Positions 24,560-41,796 of a stretch of DNA of 64,000 nt are shown here, piece after piece. Numbering within the stretch: the first letter of the stretch is position 1; every line of letters starts with the position of its first letter. The position numbers and the translations under genes are program-made. Source of the stretch: the human T2T-CHM13v2.0 reference genome, Homo sapiens; the NCBI RefSeq assembly GCF_009914755.1, contig NC_060939.1; one strand, written 5' to 3'. The notes beneath the pieces are model-generated. The model saw only the letters and a list, made by a program, of their open reading frames with translations. It ran no database searches and was not told the origin of the DNA.

Positions 24560-25400
24560 TCTGGGAACTAAGAGGTGGAGGGAGAAGTGGTCCTACTTAC
24601 ATTACTCCCAGTTAGTGAATGTCTGCATCCTGTTCCCACAAGTTTGGAGTCTGTGAGTCTGGAGGTCTTGACCTCAGGTTGGGGAAATGATTCCATCAAC
24701 GGCTATACAAGTCCCATTAAATTTCATATTATGGCTGCTGCATGGTCACTGTGGGCAATTTGTGCTGACAGAAAAAGAAAGGAGTCACCATTCTAGCTGT
24801 GGTAATTGACTTCGATTAGGCAAAACTAAGGCTGCTGTCATCCAAAGGGGAGCAGAGAAAAATGTGTTTGAGACCAAAGTGATCCACTGGGGCTTCTGTC
24901 AGTACTCCCCTGTCCAATCTTCATGGGAAATGGTCAAGTATTGCTGCCACAGCTTGAGAAAGACATAATGACTTGGGGTTTAGACCACAGGTAACCCACA
25001 AAAGGCAAAATGCCTAGATCAGAAGTGCTCACCAAGAGTAAGGGGACTCTCAGATGCATAATAGAGAAAGAAGATAATAAGGACCAGTCATGTCATGATC
25101 TTGAGGCCAGTGGCAATGGCAAAGCTACAGTCCAGCCAATTACTTTATTTTTGTGCCTTTCCCCCAGGAAAAGAGGCCCACCAGAATCCTGAAGGAGCTG
25201 CTCTCAAGACTTTTACAAAACAAGTGGATCTGAGTGGCACAACGGGTAGACTGTAGTGGATGCTGTCATTTGCCACCCAGATTTCTTCCACCTTTGAGAC
25301 TGAAGCACTTAAGTCTTCTGGCTACAGGGAATGTTGAATGTTAGCAGCTTTCAGCTAAGTCTCTCTTCCCAGTGATTGTCCTTGGCTAATCATAATTATG
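24560..25400 (+). mobile_element. ERVL-type internal 3' fragment plus start of an LTR16-like 3' LTR (from ~25252)
   Basis: ERVL-int-like sequence ending in PPT-like GAGTGGCACAACGGGTAGAC, followed by TGTAGTGGATGCTGT. Confidence 0.5.
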
Positions 25401-26352
25401 CCCTTGTCTATTTAGGGATCCCATTACAAATCCTTTTATTAGGCCATCACATGCATTTACCCATTTTACTTAAAATGCTAAATATATGAAATTTCTTTGC
25501 AAGCTGTAAGTTATCCGATGCTTTTAAAGGATGTCAACAAGGTCAGGATTAAGGAATGGCCATTGCTGGTCATCTCTGGGCTGGCTGTCACACCTACTTC
25601 TAAATTAATACTCCTGGCTCTCAGGGGACCTGCAGGTTCTTTTCTCATTCCTGTCCCAAGAGCATTTATGTTCCGTTTTTCTCACTCTTCCCACCTACAC
25701 CTTTAAAACCTCTTCTTTGGAACAGCAGACTTTACCTCCCACTCCAGACAGGTTTCTGTGCTAATCTTAATTTGGCAATCATCACTACAAATTGGATGTC
25801 TATTCAGCACCTCCTACACCTCTCTATTAACTCCAGTACATTAACAAATACCAAAATATTCATGTAAAAATATTTCTCCATTTAGAGAACATTGTACTTT
25901 ATTCCAGGTTCCTCTGTTTAATGCCATCTGATAAGAGCTGACTATAGATCTAATTATAATTTTACTGTAACCTGACATTTCTCTGTCAGACATGCAGTGA
26001 AAAGAACTCGGAGCTGGGACCGAGAGAGGAGACAGGTGTGGAAAGGTGGTGGAGTATAGAGGAACACGTAAATTCCCTCTCCATAAAATTAATAAAAAAA
26101 TTGAAATAGAAGACACGCCAGCAAGGAATAAATTGGTAGCATTCAACTAAATAAAGGATTACAAGCTTTTACCATAAATTTGAAAGGTATCATCAGAGAT
26201 AGAAGCTTCTAGAAGTCAAAGCAGAGGCTTTCTCCACTGTTACAAAGCAGCACTTCTGCCACACATCTCACTCTGAAACTTCTATTTGAAGGCAACTGAT
26301 GGGAATAGGTGAGTGGGAAGCCTAGGAGAAAGGTGTGGAGTGTTTCTCCTAG

Positions 26353-26562
26353 GTCAATGCTTCTCAACAAGGGAAGACATTTGGCAATGTCTGGAGACAT
26401 TCTTGGTTGTCACAACTGGAGGTATGGAGGGTGCTACTGGCATCTGGTGGATAGAGGACAGGGATGCTGCTAGACATCCTGCAATGCACAGGACAGACAG
26501 TGCTCCACAACAAAGAATTATTCAGTCCCAAATGTCAATAGTGTCAAGGTAAAGATCCTGCC
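26353..26562 (+). mobile_element. MER20
   Basis: CATTTGGCAATGTCTGGAGACATT...GGATGCTGCTAGACATCCTGCAATGCACAGGACAG. Confidence 0.85.
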
Positions 26563-26699
26563 TTAGATGTAGAAGCCCTTATCTTCATTCTGCAGATAAA
26601 CTGTATTTACTAGGAGAGGAGGAACCATTTTGTTTTTCTATGACTATTTACTCTATGTTTAACTGGCTATTTAAACACTATATACCAACTGAGTCAAAA

Positions 26700-27360
26700 C
26701 CCAGCTATTGGAAATTTTTCTTTGTCTTTGATTTTTGATAGTTTGGTTATTATATATCTCGGTGAACTCCTTTCTGGGTTGGATTTAATTGGAGATCTCT
26801 GTGCTTCCTGTACCTGGATGTTGGCGTCTTTTCCTATATTTGGAAAGTTTTCAGCTGTTATTTTTTAAAACATGCTTTCTGGCTCTTTTTCTCTCTTTTC
26901 TCCTTCAGCAACTTTTATTATGTGAATGTTGGGTCTCTTGATGGTATCCCATAATTCCTGGAGGCTTTCTTCATTCTTTTTTTATTATTTGACTGGATAA
27001 TTTCAAATGTCCTATCTTCAAGCTCACTGGTTCTTTCTTCTATTTAATCAAAATTTCTGTTGAAGCTTTCTATTAAAATTTTCAGTTCAGTTATTATATT
27101 TTTTATCTCTATAATTTCTATTTTTTATTGTTTCAATTTCTCTGTTAAATTTCTCATTTTGTCTGTGTATTCTTTTCCAAATTTCATTTAATTTTCTCTG
27201 TATATATTCTTTTAGTTCCCTGACCTTCTTTAAGAGGGTTATTCTGAATTATTTTTCAGTCATTTTATAGATCTCCATTTCTTTGGGGTCCATTGTTGCA
27301 GCTTTAGTAGGGCTTTCTGGATGTGTCATGATTCCCCGATTCTTCATAATTCTTGTGTCC
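26700..27360 (-). mobile_element. Old L1 fragment (ORF1-side)
   Basis: T-rich L1 antisense motifs TTGGAAAGTTTTCAGC, TCTTCAAGCTCACTGGTTCTTTC. Confidence 0.65.
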
Positions 27361-27640
27361 TGTTATGGTTTGAGCCCTCTAAAAGTCATACAGAAACTGA
27401 ATTCCCAATACCAATAATATTAAGACCTGTGGCCTTTGGGAAGTGATTGAGTCATGAGGGCTTTGTCCTCATGAATGAGATTAGGACCCTTATAAAAGGG
27501 CTTGAGGTTGAAGGGAACATCCCCTTGCCTTTCTGCCTTCTGCCATATGAGGACACAGCAACAGGCGCCATCTTGGAAACAGACAGCAGCCCTCACCAGA
27601 AACCAATGCCAGCTTCTTGATCTTAAACGTCACAGCCTCC
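27361..27640 (+). mobile_element. MST-family MaLR LTR, 3'-truncated
   Basis: Starts TGTTATGGTTTG; CCTCATGAATGAGATTAG...CCTTATAAAAG; CCATCTTGGAA. Confidence 0.75.
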
Positions 27641-27650
27641 ATATTTACAG

Positions 27651-27790
27651 CCTGCTAATTTTTGTATTTTTAGTAGGGACAGGCTTTCTCCATGTTGGCC
27701 AGGCTGGTCTTGAACTCCTGACCTCAAGTGATCCACCCCCATCAAGCCTCCCAAAGTACTGGGATCACAGGCATGAGCCACAGTACCAAG
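27651..27790 (-). mobile_element. Alu left arm only
   Basis: CTAATTTTTGTATTTTTAGTAG...CAGGCATGAGCCAC; right arm missing. Confidence 0.85.
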
Positions 27791-27849
27791 CTCTATGGTG
27801 CTTCTTAAACTGTTGCCAGAGATGGGAGAATCTTACACCACACTATACC

Positions 27850-29570
27850 AAACTCTGATACAAATGAAAGATAGAAAAAAGAAGGGAAAAAAGAAGAATT
27901 TACAGATTAATCTCAATTATGACAACCAATGCAAAAATCCTAAATAAAATATCAGCAGAGAGAAAGCATAAGACACTAAAAGAAAGATACACAAAGATAA
28001 ATAAAGCCCAAGAATGTAAGCATGGCTCAATACTAGAAAATCTGATGCCAAAGAACTCATTTGCCATTGCTCAATCTTCATTTTAGGTTTTTAAAAAAAT
28101 TAATAAAATAGATACTTCCTTAGCATTACAAAAATTTATAATCCTCCACCCCAAACAATCACAACTTAATGTAAAAAGCCAAAAGCATTCCCATTAAAGT
28201 CAGAAATAAGAACTCCTATTATCATACATGAGAAAGACATAAGAGGTAAAAAATTTAGAAAGGAAAAAGCACCTGGTTATAAATTTATATCAAAAATCAA
28301 ACCTTCATTATTAGTAACCAGTTAGAAAATTTAACAAAAGATGTGTTAGTCCATTCTTGCATTACTATAAAGAAATACCGGAAGCTGGGAAGTTATAAAG
28401 AAAAGAGGTTTAATTGTCTCACAGTTCTGCAGGCTGTACAAGAAGCCTGGCACCAGCATCTGCTTGTCTTTTGGGCAGGCCTCAGGGAGCTTACATCATG
28501 GCTGATGGTGAAGGGGAGCCAGTGGTGTCACATGGTGAGAGCAGAAGCAAGAGAGAGAGAGAGGGGAGGGGCCACACACTTCTAAACAGCTGGATCTCGC
28601 ATGAACTCAGAGGAAGAACTCACTCACTCATCGCCAAGGGGATGGTGGGTGCTAAGCCATTCGTGAGGATCTGCCCCCATAATACAATTACCTCTCACCA
28701 GGACCCTCCTCCAACACTTAGGTATTACATTTCAACATGAGATTCGGAGGGGACAAACACACAAACCATATCAGAAGAAAAGATGCCTTTTACAATAGAA
28801 ACAAACTAAATATTTAGGGACAAATCTAATAATCAATGTTAGGGCCCTATGCTAAAAACTTTAAATTCCTATTAAAAGCCAGAAAAAATAATTCAGTCAG
28901 TGAAAACCTCCCTTGATTTTCTTTAGAAGAGTACTCAATAGAGCAGTTTCAATTTCTGAATGTAATCTCTAAATTCAGTGTGTTTCCAATCCAATTACCA
29001 AGAGAATTTTGTTTGAAATTTGGTAAGTTAAACTAAATTTTATCTGGTAGAATGAACACATAATTGGAATCAGAAAAAAAATTAAAAAATAAGAATAATG
29101 AACATGACTATGATACTATCAGGTATCAAAACATTGTCATAACCCACACAATAAAATACAAAAACAAAGACAAAACAAAAACATTGTTTAAAGCTACAGA
29201 TATTTAATACAATATAATTTTAGGGCAGAAATAAACTAAGAGACCAGTGTAAGAAAATAGAGAGTCCAAAAATGAATTCAAGCACATATGGGAATTGAGT
29301 ATTTGATTAAAATGGCATCGTTAAATTTATCAGCAAGGATGGGTTATTCCATAAACGGTGTTGAGAAAACTGGTTAGTTATTTGAAGGGGGAAAAATTGG
29401 ATTTCTTACCTCATTCTTCATGTGCAAATAAATTCCATATGGATCCAAGAGTTAAATATAAAAATGAAACCATTAAAGCTAAATTAAAAGAATGATTACA
29501 GAGTAGTTCGCATAACTCTGCAAACAAATTTTAAAACTTGGATAAGAACAAAGGTGAATTTTTACAGCCT
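27850..29570 (+). mobile_element. Old L1 ORF2 fragment split by an MST LTR
   Basis: GCAAAAATCCTAAATAAAATATCAGCA, AAAGCATTCCCATTAAAGTCAG. Confidence 0.65.
28342..28773 (-). mobile_element. MSTA/MSTB solo LTR
   Basis: TGTGTTAGTCCATT...AAACCATATCA; 5-bp TSD AAAGA/GAAGA. Confidence 0.85.
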
Positions 29571-29881
29571 TAAGAGTATGATAAAAAACACTAGGAGACA
29601 TATCCTCCCAGGGGACTGTGGGCCGAAAGAAGGCCTGCCAGGTGAATCATGAAGGCTGAGTTGAGGCCAGGTAGGTAGACAGGTGGGAATGTGTTCCAGC
29701 ACAAGCTGGCCCCTAAAATGCCCTTCCCCATCATCCTTTGTTAAGCAAGATCCGCTTTCCCAGCTATTCCCTGAAGCAGACATGCATGTAGTAAATAGTA
29801 GGCACAAATAGTTAGCAAGTACTAATACTGCTAAAAGACAACCTGAAAAGACAGACAAATCGGCTGTTAAAAATGACAAGA

Positions 29882-30261
<380 letters not shown>

Positions 30262-30633
30262 TCAATTAGGAAATTTACAGCTAAAGAGATTGCATTCACA
30301 GTAACAAAGTGTATTAACTACTTTGGAATAAACCCAGTGCAGGATGTTTGTGACCCAGGTAGAGAAAGCCGTACTACTTTTGATTCCTAAAGGAGACCAA
30401 AATAAATAGAGAATTGCAGTCTCCTGGCAAGGGGGAACAATAGTGTTAAGATACTGATTCTCCTCACATCCATTTATAGGTCACGTGTGGTCCTATTGCC
30501 GTGTGTCTGGTTTTGCAGCACTGTTGTACATTTGCAGCACGGTTCCAAGTTGCTTCTATGCAGCTGACCAGACTACCAGGTCCGGTAATTCCAGGTGGAG
30601 GTAGCCTTTGAGTAAATCTCTGCTTGTTTAATC

Positions 30634-30820
30634 CAGTGGTTCTCAAATTTGAGCATGCACCAGAATCACCTGGAGGCTTGTTAAAACTCAGATTACTGAG
30701 CCGTATACCCAGAATTTCTGATTCAGTAGGCCTGAGTGGTACCCAATAAGTTGTAGTTCTAACAAGTTCCCAGGTGCTGTTAATGCTGCTGGTTGGCGAA
30801 CTCGAGTTAGAGAACCACGG
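30634..30820. mobile_element. MER5A
   Basis: CAGTGGTTCTCAAA...CAGAATCACCTGGAG...AGAGAACCACG inverted termini. Confidence 0.85.
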
Positions 30821-31034
30821 GATTAGTCAAATGTCAGTGTAATGCGGAATGGGCAGAGCAGTCTGGACTCCGAGGCTCTTGGGATCCCCTCTAAATCTAG
30901 ACAAATTTCCAGCTTAATCGCAGTAACTTTCAATAGGAGCCAGGCCTGGCAGGTGACTGTCATTTTTTACTGCCTTCTTTCTATACTTTGTCAGTGGGGA
31001 AGTATTGGGAAAGCAAGAAGGCAGCAGAGGCGGC

Positions 31035-31035
<1 letters not shown>

Positions 31036-31080
<45 letters not shown>

Positions 31081-31086
31081 TGTGTG
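31036..31086. repeat. (TG)n microsatellite
   Basis: About 25 TG units with two interruptions. Confidence 0.95.
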
Positions 31087-32215
31087 GCCAAGCACTTGAG
31101 ATTTCAAGGCTCATGGGATTTAGACACAAATTCCTGAAACTAAGTGCTAGCCTTTATATCCTCTATGTAGCCCAGTAAATCCTAATCTAAATCTCCAATA
31201 CCTCTCTTGAAACTTGACAGAATAGTATGCCCGGGAGAATAAATGGCCAAGAATAAGAAACAATTCTGACAGGGGTTAGGGGAGGAGAGGTAGGGAAGAT
31301 TTATCTGCCTTTCACAAAAACCTGTTTTAAAGCAATAGTGATAAAAACAGCTGAAGTGCAGTCATAAAGAGAAAACTGTATATAAATCATACAAAAAGGA
31401 CACAGAATTAGATCAAATTATATGAAAGGTGGCTATAACGTGTGAAGAGCTGAACGTCAGTAAGCAATATGGAAGGAAAATTTAATAAATCATGTTGAAA
31501 TACTGAGGATTGAATTTGAAAAAGGAATTAGATTCACCGAATCTAATTCTGCTCACCGAAATTAAAGATAAATAAAGATGATAAATCATAGGGAAAAAAG
31601 GTTACATAGTACACAATTTACCATTTGCCATACTTCTTTGGAAGTGTAGGAGAAGTGAAAGAGAGCGCTTGGGGAGTGACTCCCAGACGTCAAAAACGTT
31701 AGTATCTTTCTCATTTCATCCCTACAGCAGCCCTGTGAGACAGCCATTACTCTCTACTCTCAGATATGGAAACTGTGGCTTGAAAAATCAAGTTATTTTC
31801 TCAAATTCAAATAGGGAGCAATCAGAAGAGCCTCAATCTGTCTGACTCTCATCCTGGGCTGCCCAATGACTGCCAACGAGTCAGGGTGCAGGGGAGGCGT
31901 GGCTGCCCAGTTCAGAAGATGAAGCCCCAGTGCCAGTCCAGTCCTAGAGGGGCCTGGGATGGTGGGAAGAGGAACAAGATAGAACCAAGGTTGAGGGCGA
32001 TGCAGCAACCCAGTGGTATGAACTTGGTGAGCCTAGCAAGGGTGAAAGGCAGTAAATACATTCCAGGGGCCATGGGGGCACCCAGGGAGCTGGCTGAAGC
32101 AGAGGGAGGATGAGCTGCTGGGTCCCAGGGAAGGCTGGATATTTGATGGAGAACTGGGGGACACATATGAGCCAGAATTTGTCATCCACCTGACTTGCTC
32201 CTTAAACATCCAATC

Positions 32216-32591
32216 TCATATGGTTTAACTGTGTCCCTACCCAAATCTCATCTTGAATTGTAATTCCCATAATCCCCATGTGTTGTGGGAGGGACCAGGT
32301 GGAAATAATTGAATCATGGGGACAGTTTTCCCCCATCCTGTTCTCGTGATAGTGAGTTAGTTCTCATAGATCTGATGGTTTTATAAGGGTTTTTTCCCCC
32401 CCTTTTGCCCAGCACTTCTTCTTGCTGCCACCATGTGAAGAAGAATGTGTTTTCTTCACCTTCCACCGTGATTGCAAGTTTCCTGAGGCCTCCCCAGCCC
32501 TGTGGAACTGTGAGTCAATTAAATCTCTTTCCTTTATAAATTACCCAGTCTCGGGTATGTCCTTATAGCAGCGGGAGAGTGAACTAATATA
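32216..32591 (+). mobile_element. THE1 (THE1D-like) solo LTR
   Basis: ATATGGTTT...CCCAAATCTCATCTTGAATTGTA...GAACTAATA; 5-bp TSD CAATC (32211-15 / 32592-96). Confidence 0.88.
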
Positions 32592-33747
32592 CAATCCCAT
32601 CTGCCCAGACATAACCCTGGCACCCCTTTTATGAGGGGCCTGCAGAAGTCATGTGGTGTCACAGAAGAGCAGGTTCACTGGGTCAAGGAAATGGGTTTCA
32701 CTGTCTGTCTGCCACTTTCTAGGTGTATGGCTTTGATCCAATAATCGAATCCCTGTTAGTTTCCTCAGTTGTACATCAGGATAACAATGTCTACCTCACA
32801 GAATTCATGTGGAGATTACATGAGACAAGTCAGGAAAAACACCAAGCTTAATAAATGGTGCAGAGTAGACATTCAATCAATATTTGTTGAATAAGTGAAT
32901 GTATTTATATATATATATTTCACTGTATATATTTACTCACTAGCTCTGGAGGGGGTTCATCTAGCTAGTTCTGCTTGGAAGACAAGAATTTTTCATCAGT
33001 TTTAGCTGAAACATTCCAATTTAGGAAACTGGGTCAAGCCATATCACTGTGCATTAATTATAAGTTGTGATTCCAGCAACCTGTAGAAAGATGAGAAAAT
33101 GGTCCAGTACCTTCAGTTTTTCACAGCAACAAATGTACCTTTGACAGTTCCATGATCACCACCCCTTCCAATTGCTTGGGCCTTCATTGCTTACAAAGAG
33201 CTGCTCACACCCATGATCACATGTAACTCACCTTCAAGGATGATCGCGTTATTCCATTTTGTAGATGAGAAAATTAAGGCTCCAAGAGGTGAAAGAGCTT
33301 GCTTAGATCATGCCTGGTGGTTGGTGGCAGAGAAGCTGGAATCTGTGGGATGTGCCTAAATTGATTATCGCTAGAGCATGTGCTTGGTTACTTTGTTAAA
33401 GGCATAAAGGATGAATTCAAGGAGGATCCTGCCTGGTGTTACCTGCCTCTGGCTCCCCTGAACCCCTCAGGTAGAGGTTCTGAGGGTCCCATCTATATAT
33501 TACAGCCTATCCCTGTTCCAGAGCCAATTTGGAAGGAGACAGAGGTGAGAAGCAGCCTCAATCCTGTAGACTTATGGGGCCACAGGAACTATTTCTGTAA
33601 TATCATTGCATCCTGGGACCTGATAGCCCAGCCAGGATGCTGTCATCTACTTGGAAGCCATGGAGATGTGACCAGGGAACTTGGGTCAAGTCCAGCTCAG
33701 GGATGGTGGTGTTTATCTGGAGTGACAAGATGTTACACAGGTGAGGA

Positions 33748-33762
33748 AAAAAACCTACTATT
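33748..33762 (+). repeat. 5' target-site duplication of the HNRNPC retrocopy
   Basis: AAAAAACCTACTATT here vs AAAAACCCTACTATT at 36630-36644 (14/15 identical). Confidence 0.85.
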
Positions 33763-36629
<2,867 letters not shown>

Positions 36630-36644
36630 AAAAACCCTACTATT
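36630..36644 (+). repeat. 3' target-site duplication of the HNRNPC retrocopy
   Basis: Follows the degenerate A-tail (AAAC repeats); matches 33748-33762. Confidence 0.85.
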
Positions 36645-38870
36645 TATTCAGTGCCTCCTATGTGCTGCCCCTGCATTATCCATAATCCCCATGGCATCTT
36701 GCAATACTATTACTATTATTCCCTTTGTATTGATGATGGAACGGAAGATTGGAGAGTGACATCTTACACAGCATCTCAAAGCTGGCAGTGGTCCAACCGT
36801 TCAAATCCAGGTCTGTGTACTATGATCCCATACTTTTCTCATCAAGGGGACTAAGGGACTCCTGTAACAAGGCTAACTCTAGTGTCCTCTTCCTGGGGAG
36901 AGCTCAGTCACAGACTTTGATCACTACTGCTACTGGGAAGGTAGGAATTAAGCACAATGCTCTGTTTGGATCCAGTAATTGAATTATACTCAACTATTGG
37001 ATTCCCACAGAGTGTCTGTGCAGATGGAACAGGGCCTTCCTCCCTGACCCTGTGCATGTGCAGGAGGAGAGGCCTGACAGGGGGAACCAGGCTGGAGTCT
37101 GGAGCACCAGTAGCTGTAAAGATCACCTGGGGACTCTGCATAAGACTCAGCACCTGCTGCCTCTGGAGCCGGGGATTATGGTCTTCTTCTTCCCTAAAGG
37201 CTGCCACACTTACCTGGCTCACTCCTTTCTCTTCCTCCCTGGGGGAAGGGAGGGTCTGATAAAATTGACGAGATTGAAAAAAGAGCCTGAAGTTGGACCC
37301 ATCAGCCCCTCCCAAGTGCTTTCCCCTTTGGCCTTCATGCATGTGAGCACAAGTTTTCCTCCTGTCCTCTCCCTCTCTGATGCTGTGCCCTGTTAGGGAG
37401 AAGCCTGTAGTTTTGGGTGGGTAAACCCAATTCAGGGAAATGTATTGGGGAACCCGATTGCAGCTGCAGATCCAAGGTGCCTTTGCCAGTTTAGCTTTAC
37501 CTGCTATGAGGAAGACTCTTTGGTGACTGCTTTGTCATATTGCTTGGAGCCCATTGGGGAAAGAGGATGGATTGATTTCCATCTCAGTGGTTGCCCTGAA
37601 ATGCTAATGTGGGGAATATGGGTGAGGAGAGAAGTAACCAGAGGGGGCATACCAGCATGCCTTCACGATGTAGTTGTTTCTGCTGTCCCAGAAACTACTG
37701 AGATGTTGTTTCTCAACAGGATGGACACTCCTGAGATACTTTGCTACTTGCTCCCCTGCTCTCCAAGCCCTCAATGTTTATAGATCCCAGGGCACCTGGC
37801 ACACCTGGATTGAGGCCCCAACCTACCTCTCTAGGCTCCTCTCCCCCATGCTCTGACCTGCCTAGTCCGCTCTTGCACAACACCCTGAATGCCCCACTCA
37901 ATTCCAACATCTGTGGCACCCTTCTGCTGGCAATGCTGAGGGTTAAATTGGAGAACCTGGCAAGAGCCTTAGAGGCCGTGATGCTCAACTCTCCATCCAG
38001 AGAAGGGGCTATCTGGAGTTGGCTTTCTTGGAGCAACCACTCCTGGGACTTCGTATTTCTGGTTCTTCTAAAACATTTCTTTAGATTAGAAATCTGCCTC
38101 CTTGCTACTTATGTCTGGTGTAGGTGCTGTCTGTGCCACCTCCACATATCCAGGCAGCCCTCCCCAGGCACTTGGTCCCTCTCTGGTCCCCTGTGCCATA
38201 GTAATTAGGTGGTGTTTCATCATCTAGTGACATGAAACAAGTGTTGCTAACTTTTTCCTTCCCTCTCTTGACACCTGCCTTATCTTCTCAAGCAGTTCAG
38301 AACTCCTTGAGGCTGGGGCTTTGCTCCAGCCATCTCTTTACTCCTCCCACTTAGCACAGAGGAGGTTTCAAGAAAGCCTACACAATTGTCTGGGCCCAAC
38401 ATCTTGTCCATCTCCCAACATTTCAACATGGAACTGAAGGGGTGGGTTGTGAAAATGGCCCCATTTGCTCATTGCCCACTGAGTATCCATGGGTCAACCT
38501 GGACTTTAAGTTGCTCACCACCTAAAGGAGGAAACTGACATGCAAGCAGAAAATCAAAATACAGTGCAACCTCGCTAGAAAGGAGGCCTATAGAGAATGC
38601 TGCAGGAACATAGGAACAAACAATCAGAAGACCAGTGCTAGGGTGAGCTGGGCCCAGAAAAGCTGAGCCTGGAAGGAGGGGCAGGAGTAGCTCATCAACA
38701 TGGCATACGAACCAGTAGCAGCAGGGAGCAGGCTGGAGAGCTCAGGCTTCCCATTCACCAAGTGCCTCAAAGGTGGCCTTTCATCTCCAACTGTTAGACA
38801 GCCACAGAGATACATGGACAGTTTTGAAAGAAGGTCATCATCATATGACTATAAACTACTGTTCCATACT

Positions 38871-38965
38871 TAGGGTGACCAGCTTGGCCTCATTCACTCA
38901 GAACTTTTCTGATTTTAGCACCAAAGTCCCTTCAATCCCAAGCAGATCAGGGTGGATGGTCACTT
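38871..38965. mobile_element. MER94-like hAT MITE
   Basis: AGGGTGACCA...TGGTCACT inverted termini. Confidence 0.55.
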
Positions 38966-39095
38966 AGACCTAAGTCTGGAATGGTAGTATAAATTATTAT
39001 ATGCTATAAATCCTTTAATTATCTTCAGACCAGCATAAATTGTATCATAATATTTTTGTGCCAATGGCATTAGTGGGTTAGTTGCAAACATTTAA

Positions 39096-39485
<390 letters not shown>

Positions 39486-41119
39486 TGAGAGGCTCTGGCC
39501 ATGGGCAGAGGATGAGGTGAGAGATGGCAGGGTGTATTTGGGGGCCTGCAAATAGTGGGAATATCAAGGCCCAGGGGACATGCCTTTTTGCGGGAAGGGT
39601 TGTGGAGGGGACCCTGAAGGGGTGGGCAGTGGTCACAGGGCCCCATGGACCAGGCCAATGATTCCATCTCATAGCTTCAGGAAGCCAAAAAAGATGTCAT
39701 GCAGAAAAATGTCGTGGTGGGACCAGAAATTCCATGTGGATGCAATTTTGGAGAACTGATTAGGGTAGGGGGTGTAGAGGCCAAGATCAGAGGCAGGGAA
39801 CCATTATGAGGGCCGCTGTATCATGCAGGTACAGTTCTATAGATATGGAGAGAAAGGTACCTTTAGTAGGCGAAAATAGACAGGATTTGGTGATTGGTTC
39901 ATTGGTTGAGGAGGTGACTCACTTGGGCTCTGGGTGGTGAGGCATTTTCAACCACCAAGACAGGAATTTAATCAGGAAAACAGCTTCAGAGGGAGATGCT
40001 GCAATTGATTTTGGATGTGTTGTTTGGGCCCTGGGACCACTGCAGATTTAAATGTCTGGAACTTAGGAGAGAAACATGGGCTGGAGATAAATATTTGGGT
40101 GTCATCCACCTTCCAAGTCCAAGGCAATTGAAATGGACAAGCAACAAATGGAGGATAGGAATGAAAATGTTAAGAGGCTTCAGCTCAAGGAGTGAGGGGA
40201 GGGTTGACGGTTGAACTGGCCTGACTAGGTTAGTGGCTTTTGCTAGTGTCTTCAAGGTACATGTGCAACGTCCAATCCTCCTGAACCATCTGGAAACTCT
40301 GTCCTTTCTTGCATGACCTAGATAATATGACACTAATAATACCCATTGACTTCTCAGGATTGTGAATGCACAGGGCTTATTATGCAAATAACCTGTTCTG
40401 TGGCACAGACAGGGCAGGCAGATCATTCCCACATTCCTGTCCTCTCCCAGTATTCTGGAATTGTCTGCAGCTGCCAACTCATAGCCCTTGTCTTCCTGCA
40501 GGTATATGAAAGCTTGTATGTGAGCATCTCTTTAAAGCAATGATCTTAATGATCAGAATTGTCTTAAAACCATTCTGGGTGTGAGGGTGTTCAATCAAGG
40601 TCAATTTCTATATCCAGATAGAAAAAGCTGGTAAGAAGAGCAATATCACTGGGACTCGGGAGACTTAGGACCAAGCTCCCTTTGAATTCCTGTAAAATGA
40701 GGGAGTTGAGCTAGCTGAGCCATCAAGACCCAGTTCAGACATGCTGAGTATGTGATTCTAGTCAACAAAAACAGATCATGGCTAGCCAGTGCATGAAGCA
40801 GAAATATTAAAATGTATTTCAAAACAGGGAGTTAAAATGGTAATTTTACCATCTTATTTATTCACTCAATAAATAAGTATGGAATACTCACTAAAGATCA
40901 GACATGCTGCTGGCTATGGGTAGAGCACTGGGGAGCAAACATTGGTCCCTCTTAAGAGTCCAGTGGGAGGAACCCACTGAAGCAGCAGCTACAGGTGTGA
41001 GAGAGGCCAAGGGAGAGGGAAGCCAGCGAGGAGGCAGCTGCACTAGTCCTGGCTCCCTAAACTTGCTCACAACCTTCCTGCAGGCTGGGCCTAGCCCATC
41101 TCTACTTCCATAAGAAAAT

Positions 41120-41470
<351 letters not shown>

Positions 41471-41754
41471 TCATCATTCCAGACCGCCGAGTGTCAGTGC
41501 ACATTGACTCCTCATCTTGTGACTGAACTATTTTTAACTGACTGTCGCCATGGCAGCGTGAGAACCACTGGGAAAGATGTGGCCTTTCTGACAGCATTCA
41601 AGATGCTGGCTGCCCACTTATCTCACTTATCTGCACCAGGGCCAAAATAATCTGTATGAAATCCCCACCTTCTATTGACAGAGATGGAGTTAGGACTTCT
41701 CTATGTGCTTTCTCATCTGCAAAGTAGGAAAGTAGGGCTTTTAATTAAAACACA

Positions 41755-41756
<2 letters not shown>

Positions 41757-41792
<36 letters not shown>
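41757..41792. repeat. (CA)n microsatellite
   Basis: About 18 uninterrupted CA units. Confidence 0.95.

Positions 41793-41796
<4 letters not shown>

Noticed and set aside
37208-37217. Perfect minus-strand splice donor CCAG|GTAAGT (possible lncRNA exon)
   Set aside because: Isolated consensus donors are expected by chance, and no acceptor can be assigned confidently without transcript data
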